Source of the DNA: Octopus vulgaris
Lineage: Eukaryota
Assembly (NCBI GenBank): GCA_951406725.2
Contig: OX597816.1
Span: 138,074,001-138,138,000, forward strand
Direction: 5' to 3'
Length of the DNA stretch: 64,000 nucleotides
This document shows, one piece after another, positions 53,425 through 64,000 of the stretch; position 1 is the stretch's first letter, and the number at the start of each line of letters is the position of its first letter. The translations under genes and the position numbers were made by a program. The notes under the pieces were generated by a model, which was not told the DNA's origin, made no database searches, and was given only the letters and a program-made list of their open reading frames with translations.

Positions 53425-55310
53425 CATACATATATATATATATATATACACATACATATACATACAAACACACGCAAACACACACGCACATACATATATA
53501 TATATGATGAGAGAGAGTGGGGTAAGAGGGAATGCATTTATGCGTGTATACATGTGCGTGTATGCAAAGAGGTGTGAGATGTATTAGAAATAATATTTTG
53601 ATTCCTTGACAATGTTTACAAAGCTAAATAATTGTGTAGATAACTGGAGTTGAAGGAGAGGATGTATAACTTCCTGGCATGCGTGTGAATATTAGTATGT
53701 GAGTGTATGTGTGTCTATGAATGTGTGAGAAAGTTAGCGTGAGTATGTTTATCTGTGCATGTATTTTTGTATGAGTGCTGAGTGCACGGCATTCCAGCGG
53801 TGATAGAGCACATATGTAATAATTGAGAAGGAACGTGTGCTGACCAGCCTTTTTCTTTTGCTTTATTTTTTTGTTCTTTTTAAAGTAAGTTCAATTGTCG
53901 CTAGTGTTGCAGAGGGACTAAAAACCTTGTGTGTATAATGGAAATAACAGCCCGAGTGGGACTTGTTGTGGGGGTTAGTAGTAAACATAGCGGAAAGGGT
54001 AAGAAGACATGTAGAAAAATATAATGCTGAGTGAAAGAGTAAATAGATGACATAGAAATGAATGAGAAGGAAATGAAATAAAGAGAAGAGGATGTGATAG
54101 ACTTAGAACTATTCATGGATAAATAAATCCTGAAAAATGTAGAGAAAATGAATATGAACAAAAAAATGGACGTATTTGTTTTTGTTTTTTTTTCTTTTTT
54201 TTGTTTATTTTTCTTGACAAATTTTTAAGAAGGAGTAAGGCTGTGTTGGTACTGAGCACGTTTCATTTAAAAGTAAATTGTGGATGTACATTTAACACTA
54301 ATTCGATAGAAAGGAGAGGACCATTGGGTGGATAATGAGAAATGATAGAACGTTAAATGATCCTCTACTGGAGAATTGTAATGTTCAAGAATGTGTGAAT
54401 CTAAGAGAAAACATATTGTGAGGAAGTGAGTTCATTTCGGTGCACAATATTTAAAAGCTGGAGTTATGTGACTGTTCAGGAATTTGTTCTATAAATGCTC
54501 AAATAAGCGTGATGCAAGTCCTCATTATATGCACTTGTGTTGACTCGAGTTAAAAGCATGTTTTAATATCAAAATCAGTGTGGGGTTGTTTATTGAAAGG
54601 ATTGAGAAGTGCAAGATATAAATTAAAAAGCAAAAAAAAGTAATAAATAAGAAGCAAATAAAGCGAGGAATTCAAGTGAACATAACACTTTAGTGTAAAG
54701 AACATTATAAAACCTGCTCACAGAATTTCATGAAGTGCCGTCTATAAACAAAAAGAGAATCTAAATACGTTGTTTTTGCTTTTATTAATTTATTCTTTTG
54801 CTATTTATGCTGATTTTACTCATTGGACAGCGGTCATGATGGGACTGCCTCAACAAATATTGGTTTAGTTTGGTAGTCATTTCATCGGTCTCTATTGAGT
54901 TTAATTCAGCTGAGTCCCTGTTCAGGGAATTACAAGCTCAACGGTGTATGTACTACAAGAAATGTATACTCATACAAATATACCCATACATGTGTGTGTG
55001 TGTATGGATATGCATATATATATATATATATATATACATATATAAATAAATATAGGGATGGTATCACAAGTGGTAAGCGAATTATCAGCCGTACAGGCAA
55101 ATTAATAAAATATATACATACAATATTAGATATGTGCATATATACACAAGGGTACTACATGAGTACTTATGTCGCTAATGATAGAAGTCAAAAAATACTT
55201 CTGTGCCACTGAATAGTCACAAATCTACTACAGACAAGATAGGAAAAATATCAGTGAACAATAATAATGTCTTACCTCAAATGGGTTAGAACAAGTAAAT
55301 ATATATATAT

Positions 55311-55361
<51 letters not shown>

Positions 55362-55539
55362 CATGGATATGCATGTATGTATGTATATACATATATGTGC
55401 GTGTGTAGGTTGATACTCACACATACACATACACTCACGCACACATACGTAGGCGCAGGCGTGGCAGTGTGACAAGATGCTTGATTCCCAACCACATGGT
55501 TCCGGACTCAGTCCCATTGAGTGACGACTTGAAGAAATA

Positions 55540-55867
55540 AGCATAGCTCAGCGGTTAGAGCGCCGAACTTACGACCGTGAAGTTGGATGTTCGAATCCCG
55601 GACCGGGCTGCGTGTTGTGTTCTTGAGCAAGACCCTTTATTTCCCATTGCTCCAGTTCACTTGGCTGTAGAAATGAGTTGCGACGTCACTTAAACTCAAG
55701 CTGTATCGGCGTTTGCCTTTGCCTTGGATAACATCGGTAGCGTGGAGAAGGGAGTCTGGTATACATGGGCGACTGCTGGTCTTCCGTAAACAACCTTACC
55801 CGGACTTGTGCCTGGGAGGGTAACTTTCTAGGTGCAATTCCATGGTCATTTGTGACCGAAGGGGTCT
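55540..55867 (+). mobile_element. SINE family B
   Basis: TAGCTCAGCGG A box and GTTCGAATCCC B box; body matches 12307-12625. Confidence 0.85.
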
Positions 55868-56188
55868 CCGATCCCTCCATAAGCACTAAATTGCATCAAA
55901 CAGTATCTCTCAAGAAACTGGATTGCTACGATAAGAAAATAAAAACCGTCTTCTCCTATTTCCACTTCCATTCACACCTAAACAAAACCCATACATTGGC
56001 CGATATGACGCTGTCCACTGAACCACTATTTTACTCGTAGTTTGTTTAATCTTTCCATCTATCCCTTTTTTGCATCCACTATTCCTGAGGGAGTCATGGG
56101 AGTAGAGTCCTCAGGCATCTGCCCCATAGGTTTCTATAAGAAGCGATCGTCATTAAACTTCTCCAATTCCCAAACCTTAACGGTTGTG

Positions 56189-56420
56189 GAGGCTCGTGTC
56201 CTAGTAGTTAGAAGTGTTGGACTCACGATTCTAATATTGTAGTTTCGATTCCTGGACCGAGCGACGAGATGTGTTCTTGAGCAAAACATTTCATTGCACG
56301 TTGCTCCAGTCCACTCAGCTGGCAAAAACGAGTAATCCTGCGACAGACTGGCGTCTCGTCCAGGTGGGAAATATATACGCCATTGAAACCGGGAAACCGG
56401 CCCCTATCAGTAGGCATGAC
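56189..56420 (+). mobile_element. tRNA-derived SINE related to family B
   Basis: tRNA-like head then TGTGTTCTTGAGCAAAAC..TTGCTCCAGTCCACTCAGCTG. Confidence 0.7.
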
Positions 56421-57399
56421 TCGGGAAGGAAGCTTTTCAGTCCTTAACGGTTGCTCCCCGCTGGACACCGTTCGTAGTCCTGGGACACACATCATTTGTG
56501 AACCTACCCTATGCCTCTCAAAGCAAGTTGTACGTTTATTGACCTTTCTACCGGCATTAGGCGGAGACTGCAATGCATTTTTCGAACGAACTCCACCACC
56601 TATGGTCCGAACGCGTCGCTTGTTAACCTACGCGACAAACTATGCGGTATGGTTGTTCATGTGAACCTCTTTCCCTTGGTGGTCCTATTCGCGCCAATCA
56701 CTAAACTGTTTTTTATAGTTCTCTTCAATTTGAATAAAATGATGATCATGATAATCATGATGATCGTGATGACCATGATGATGGGGAGGATGTGTTCGAT
56801 GTTGATGCAGAGATTCTGGAAGTAGTTGCACATCTCCATCTGGGAGGTCATGTCATAAAAATAAGCTGTCATTTCTCTTCTGACCCTGACAAACAACACA
56901 CCCATAAAATACTTTAGATGTTTACAAATAGTTATAATTTTTTTTATTAAATTTACAGCGTTTTTATTTAGAATATTTAATGTCGCAGCTTCTAAACACA
57001 AGATCGTATTATTTGATTTAATATGGAATTTCCTAATCCCAGGGTGTTTAAAATATGCACTGTAAATATACATATATTAGCTTCTACACATAATCTATGC
57101 TTCATTTCTATCCTAAATATGCTGAAAGATATAATGTATAACATGAATTTATGCGCTCGAATACAAACATACGCTAATATATACATATACATATTCACCC
57201 TCTCACTGTACATTTATACACACATATATATATAGATATATACATTCAAGTGTGTGTGGGTGTTATGTATATTTGTGTATGCTGACAAAAGGTGAAGTGG
57301 AGGAGACAGAAAGTGAATGAATCCACTGGGCCACCCTAAATTCTTTATTACTCTCAGTTGTCTGCCTCTATGGGTTTTGAATCTCTGAGGGAATATTTA

Positions 57400-58500
57400 T
57401 GTTATCTTGAACGTGATAGCTAAATCAAAACACAAACCAACATAACATGGTACACTAGCATTGCAGAATTCCAAAACAGCTAATCTCACAAGCTTCGAAA
57501 ACCATGTGGTTCTATACTATATCTTTTAGCATGGCTGCTAAGTTGAAATCATCCAAAAAAACTTTAAAGCCGAAGATTCTTCAAGTCATTAACTGTTGAA
57601 GTAAAATCACGTCACGCTGTAGATATTCTTTAAGAATAGTTAAAATATAACCCTCCTGTGTCAGGCTGAAGCTTCAACAAAAATTTAAACGTGATATCTA
57701 AATAAACCACAGATATTAAAAGTGATGTTCCAATAACGATAGAATCATCACTTCTAGAATCAAATAAAAATGTCACTTGACCTAAATCACGATGGAGAAA
57801 ATAAAATACAAAAAAAAAACCAAAGGTAAACTAAAAACAATTTTCAGCGAGCCTTAAAAGCATTTCTCTCGCATAGTATTTTTGATAGCAAAAATAAAGC
57901 CAAGCTCTGCTATAGCATGGCATATTTCTATATAGCAGGGTATATTTCTGCTATAGCATGGCTTTTGACATAACGGCTAAAAGGAATCTAAAGGTGGTGA
58001 CCCAGAATATTCAGAAACCTGATGGCTAAATCAAATTAAAATGAATCTAACTATAGTGTTCTAGCAAAGCCTAAACTGTGATGCCTAAATGGCCAAAAAA
58101 TACCGAACGTTTGTGTTCCAGTATAGCTTTAAACGTGATACTTATATCAAGTCAAACACAACTGAAGATGGTCTTGAGCATCGTTTAACACTAACAGGTA
58201 AATCAAAGGACTTTATGGAGTTAGGTCAACGTAGCCTTACTTGTAAAAATTAAAAATACAAATGATATGAATAGATATTGTTACAACAGTGCCTAAACCA
58301 GTGATGGCAAGGAGAACCTCCAAACCTAGTGATACAACTTCAGAATGGATTTAAAACTGATCGCGAAAAATTTTGATAGAAAGAAATCATAAATATGTAG
58401 TTCGTTCATCTATTTAACCGTGATAGGTAAAACAAACACAATGTGGTGATGATGATGCTTGGTTCGAATGAAAATAAGAATTCAACCGTGATGGAGCTGG
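57400..58500. repeat. Highly diverged tandem repeat (~60-70 bp period)
   Basis: About ten recurrences of a TAAAC(C)GTGAT..CTAAATCAAA-like motif. Confidence 0.5.
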
Positions 58501-58618
58501 TGCTGGTGTAATTGCTCAATAAACATCTTAGAGGCAAACAATCATACAGAGAAAGGCAAGTTGACTGATTAGCGTAAAGTCACTCACAGACATTCTTCAA
58601 CCTCACTTTCTCTCTCTC

Positions 58619-58672
<54 letters not shown>

Positions 58673-58768
58673 TAATAATGTAGGGAGAAATTAATAATTT
58701 AGAATAATCATTAATTTCACCATGTAGATTTCGGCATGTAAAAGCCCCATTTGAGGAAAGTTTATGTA

Positions 58769-58935
58769 ATACTAAGTAATTAAGGGTTTAGCAACGATTT
58801 GCCTCACCACACACCGAATTTAGAAATAGCAGTCAAACTACTAGTAGAAAGGAATAGCTATAACTCTTTGACTGCTATTTCTAAATTCGGTGTGTGGTGA
58901 GGCAAATCGTTGCTAAACCCTTAATTACTTAGTAT
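58769..58935. repeat. Perfect 69-bp inverted repeat, 29-bp spacer
   Basis: 58769-58837 is the reverse complement of 58867-58935; shares CCGAA.TTAGAAATAGCAGTCAAA with the 34011 element. Confidence 0.9.
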
Positions 58936-59399
58936 ATATAAATATATATATATATATATATTCATTTATTATTTTATTCATTTACTTGTGTCTGTCATTT
59001 GACTGCGGCCATGCTGGAGTACCGCCTTTAGTTGATTAAATCGACTTATTCAGAACTTATTCAGTTTTTGTAAGCCTAGTACTTATTTTATCGATCTGTT
59101 TTGTCGAACCGCTAGGTTATGGGGACGTAAACACACCAGCATCGTTTTTCAAGTGACGTTGGGAGACTAAGACGCACAAACACACACTCAGACACACACA
59201 AACACACACACACACACACACACTATAAAAAATAGTGTACATTTAAACACAAAGAGAAATTACCTATAACAGGCAATTTCTACACGCTAGGAGACAGTCA
59301 AAACGACCGAAAACCACAAAAATTTAAGTAATTTCAAAGGAAATGAATGTTTATAGATAGATTTCGGGGCAGTTTTGTACCGCTCTCACGTGTCAAATG

Positions 59400-61110
59400 T
59401 CCCCGGTGTTTTGGTACAGCATCAAATGTTGCGCGATTTCTTGAAAAAAATATGACGAATTGGAGGACGGAACTGACAGCATATAAAAGAAGTTTAGGAA
59501 CAATTGAAATCAGTAGAGGCATCTTCTAAGGGGACTGCCTGCCCCCACTCACCTTTGTATTGGGCATGATACCACTGACACTGATTCTGATGAAAGCAAA
59601 GGCTGGATGTGCATTCAAAAGCCGCCAACAAAAAGTCAATCACTTGTTATTCATGGATGACATTAAACTTTATGGTAAAGATGAATCCCAAGTCAGTTCC
59701 TTCGTTGATGAGGTGTATACTTTCGTTACTGATATCAGAATGGAGTTCGGACTGAAAAAGCGTGGAGTATTAGTCTTGAAGTGAGGCAAAATTAAATGTA
59801 TGGACGGGTTAGCGATACCGTCGGGATAGGTTATAAAGCAGATAGAAGAGACAGGCTATAAGTACTTGGGGGTTTTAGAAATGGATAAATTGATGGAGAA
59901 AGAAATGACTGAAAAAATCAAGATGGGGTACTTGCGCAGACTGAGACTGGTTCTTAAATCGAAATTAAACAAACAGAATAAGATTGAAGCTATCAACACG
60001 TGGGCGGTTTCACTCCTTAAATATCGAACAGGGGTAATCGCATGGGCAGTAGACGAATTAAAGAGCTTAGACAGAAAGACAAAGAAGTTACTGACTAGAT
60101 ATGGGATACTCCACCCAAAAAGTGACGCAGACAGACTGTATGTACCAAGAAAAGAGGCGTAAGAGAACTGATTGGATATGAACACAGCATTAGAACAGAA
60201 GAAACAACATAGCATGGTATGTAAAATATGCCACAGAACCACTATTATTGGAAGTAAGAAGTTCAGGCTTGTTTAGGATGGAAGATTGCCACTTGAGAAT
60301 AAATGAAACTGAAAATAGGTGCATAAAGAAAAGAATTCATGGACAATTCCATAGGGATGTTGAAGATAAGACAGACAGAGAAAAAAGATGGCTGTGGATG
60401 ACTAAAAAGGATTTAAATCCGGCAATGGAGGGTCTAATCTGTGCTGTCCAAGAGCAAATATTAAGAACCATTTACATCAAATACAGAATAGGCAACACAT
60501 CAGAAAGTGATAAGTGCAGAATTTGTGGACAGAATGGTGAAACGGTGTGGCATATTACCAGTCAATGTACGCCACTAGCTCAGGAAGAATATAAGAGACG
60601 TCATGGCAACATAGCAAGGATTTCCATTGGGCACCTTGAAACAAGTATGGACTTGGCAGAGCAAAAACTTGGTACGAACATCAACCCGAAGGCATCATCG
60701 AAAATGAAAATGCAATGATCCTATGGGATTTTCTGATTCAGTGCGACCATGAGACAGAGAATAGGAAGACAGACATAGTGTTAAATGAGAAAGAAATCAA
60801 ACGATGCTGGATCATAGATATAGCATGCCCAGCTGACAACAAGGTATGCGATAAGGAAGAAAGAAAAGTCGATAGATATGACATGCTAGCTTGGGAGGTT
60901 AAGCAGTTGTGGTCGCTGAAAAAAGTTGCAGAAGTACCAGTAATTGTCGGGGCCTTTTGAGAAGTACATGGAACAGATAGGGGCTGCAATAAGTGTGGAG
61001 CACTTGCAGAAAACCACACTGCTTGGAACCGCTTGAATACTCCGGATGGTGCTGGAAAAATAAGGAGTGTTACCTTAGTTCACTGGTAGGGAACAACTGA
61101 CACCGTAGAA
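59400..61110 (+). mobile_element. Decayed R4/Dong-like retrotransposon, RT through RLE to 3' end
   Basis: HLLFMDDIKLY, YKYLG, CRICGQNGETVWHITSQC, KTDIV..IIDIACP, VPVIVGA; stops and frameshifts. Same family as 18736-21560. Confidence 0.9.
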
Positions 61111-61156
61111 CATTTATATATTTAAGAGATGAGGAATTATGTACATTATTTACATT

Positions 61157-61340
61157 TGAAGAAGAAGAAGAAGAAGAAGAAGAAGAAGAAGAAGAAGAAG
61201 AAGAAGAAGAAGAAGGGGAAGAAGTGGAAGAAGTGGAAGAAAAAGAGGAAGAAGAAGAAGTTGAAGGAGAAGAATGAGGAGGAGGAAGAAGAAGAAGAAG
61301 AAGGAGGAGGAAGAAGATGAGGGGGGAGGAGGAGAAGAAG

Positions 61341-61371
<31 letters not shown>

Positions 61372-62420
61372 GGAAGAAGTGGAAGAAAAAGAGGAAGAAG
61401 AAGAAGTTGAAGGAGAAGAATGAGGAGGAGGAAGAAGAAGAAGAAGAAGGGGGAGGAGGAGGAGGAAGAAGATGAGGGGGAGGAGGAGAAGAAGAAGAAG
61501 AAAAAGAAGGAGGAGGAGGAGAAGAAGAAGAAGAAGAAGAAGAAGAAAAAGAGGAAGAAGAAGAAGAAGAAGTTGAAGAAGAATGAGGAGGAGGAAGAAG
61601 AAGAAGAAGGGGGAGGAAGAAGATGAGGGGGAGGAGGAGAAGAAGAGGAAGAAAAAGAAGGAGGAGGAGGAGGAGAAGAAGAAGAAGGGGGAGGATGAGG
61701 AAGAAGATGAGGGGGAGGAGGAGAAGAAGAAGAAGAAAAAGAAGGAGGAGAAGAAGAAGAAGAAGAAGAAGAAGAAGAAGAAGAAGGAGAAGAAGAAGAA
61801 AGGAGAGGAGAGGAGAAAAAGAAGCTAATGGCGATGATGATGATGATAATGCATTGTTTTATTGGCCACAATAATAATAGCAACAAGAACAAAAGGCAAG
61901 AAAATTAAATAAGACAAAGAATCATGTTCTAAAATAGATTTGATGAACGTTCACTAAAGCGAGTGAGAGCGAGAAGAAGAGGACGAGAGAGAGAGAGAGA
62001 AAGAATGTGTGTAAGAGAGTATTGGAAAGTATAAGATGAAATGAAAAAGGGGAAAGAATAAGAAATCAGGAGAGGAAAAAGAAGAGAAGGAGCAGGTGAA
62101 GGAGATAAACTGGAGATGGTAAGGCAGAGGTAATAAGAATTGTATGAGTGTATGCGAGTGTAAGAGAGATAGAGGTAGTTGGATAGAGATAGAGAGGGAG
62201 AGATAAAGATAGAAATAGAGAGAGAGAAAGAATTCAGGTGATAGAAAGAAAAGACATGAGAAATAAATAGAAGACAAGTGTAGGAGAGAAAGAGAGAAAG
62301 AGAGAGGGAGAGAGAGAGAAACACGCAGAGATACCGACAGAGACAGGAAGAGAGTGAGAGAGAAGAGAGATCGAGAAATCGTGACAGGAAAAGAGAGAGG
62401 GAGATTGGGTGTGCGAGAAA
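61157..62420. repeat. Polypurine (GAA/GGA)n compound repeat and GA-rich tract
   Basis: Almost purine-only + strand, with higher-order repeats of ~120-165 bp in 61157-61825. Confidence 0.9.
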
Positions 62421-62874
62421 GGAGATGTCAGTGTGTTCAGCTGTCGTGATTACAGACGCCATTACTGTTCTGATCAAAAACCTGCTGTATAAAAGCGACA
62501 TCCATCAAAACACACAAGTTAGCAGCCGGATATGCAAATCACTGTCGTGTCTACTGGCTGAATGAACAAATGCTCTGACGGCCGCTTCAAGGTGGCGTTT
62601 GTGGTCGATTTGAACTGGTCAAGCGGAACAAGTCGAGAACAAAAATGACAGTAGTTATCAAGCGATAAAATCTAATTCCGTACAAAGCTGTCATGACAGG
62701 TAGAGAAGAGTGAGGGCTAGCCAAGGATGACTGGTCTTAGAGTGGTTTAGATCCACCGGGAACAACGTCAGGACCATTATAGCACTATAGAGGAAATGGC
62801 GGGAGAGATGAAGTGGAGATTAAGAGAGGAAAAAAGAGGAACATGTGAAAGAGAGAAAGAAACAGAGACAGAAG

Positions 62875-62999
<125 letters not shown>

Positions 63000-63540
63000 G
63001 GAGAGAGAGAAAGAGGAGGGAAAGAAATGGAAATAGTAAGAAAAGAAATGAAATGGTGGGTGATAAATCGAACAGAATTCCTTCCTTACACAAGTTATTA
63101 TAATATTTAGTTAGTTTATCAAGAGAATTGAATGTCCATGTGTTGTTATGACTGTTCTTCCTAAAGTCATAAAATTTCTGGTCGCTTTCTGCATAATATT
63201 AGCCATATTAAACCGTGTGTGTGTGTGTGTGTGTGTGCACGCGTGTGTGTACATATGCACACACAAACATAAATACGCAGAATACATTCAAACGTACGTA
63301 CATACACGGACGTACCCGCGCGCACACACAAACATACACATGCATATATGCATACGCAAGCTCACATGCACGCTGGCGCGCACATACACGTACGCAATAG
63401 AGTCTAAATCAGACAAAAGGAAGGCAGCTCCGATAACCGACAGAGTCGACATGCATTGACAAGGTTTCAAAAGCAACGAAAATTTTTGGAAGACACACAA
63501 ATGAGTCGGAATTGAACCGGTGAGTGTGTTAGATATTGTT

Positions 63541-63935
63541 TTCTACTCTAGGCACAAGGCCCGAAATTTTTGAGGAAGGGTCCAGTCGATTAGATGGACC
63601 CCAGTACGTAACTTGTTCTTAATTCATCGACCCCCGAAAGGATGAAAAGCAAAGCCGACCTCGGTGGAATTTGAACTCAGAACGTAAATACAGACGGAAT
63701 ACCTATTTCTTTACTACTCACAAGAGGTTAAACACAGAGGAGACAAACAAGGACAGACAAAGAGATTAAGTCGATTACATCGACCCCAGTGCATAACTGG
63801 TACTTAATTTATCGACCCCGAAAGGATGAAAGGCAAAGTCGACCTCAGCGGAATTTGAACCCAGAACGTAGCAGCAGACGAAATACCGCTAAGCGTTACC
63901 GCGCGGCGTGCTAACATTTCTACCAGCTCGCCGCC
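63541..63935 (-). mobile_element. SINE family A, dimeric, full length
   Basis: Reverse complement of the 47688-type copy. Confidence 0.85.
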
Positions 63936-64000
63936 TTAATAGGTATTAGATATTAAGGTAATATGATTCTCCCCAGACACAACAAAATATTCTTTCACTT

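Overview
AT-rich, gene-poor eukaryotic DNA that is dense in microsatellites. The SINE families and repeat landscape look like Octopus/cephalopod; this is inference. I find no intact host protein-coding gene, and almost all ORF-track entries are microsatellite artefacts. Recognisable protein remnants are decayed R4/Dong-like RLE non-LTR retrotransposons (17.9-21.9 kb, 59.4-61.1 kb), mariner elements and a pogo-like transposase start. Several tRNA-derived SINE families, MITE/foldback elements and Helitron ends are also present. The main hidden signal is RNA: about 17 hammerhead-ribozyme-like motifs, mostly in short islands bounded by (TA)n or other microsatellites and often in inverted (Penelope/retrozyme-like) arrangements. 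Five of them, from two sequence families, have a non-circularly permuted strand order (cleavage site -> GAAA -> CUGANGA) supported by compensatory base changes. A 360-bp tandem/inverted repeat carries a type I hammerhead with a U3-A8 core variant. All folds were derived by eye and are untested; repeat boundaries are approximate.
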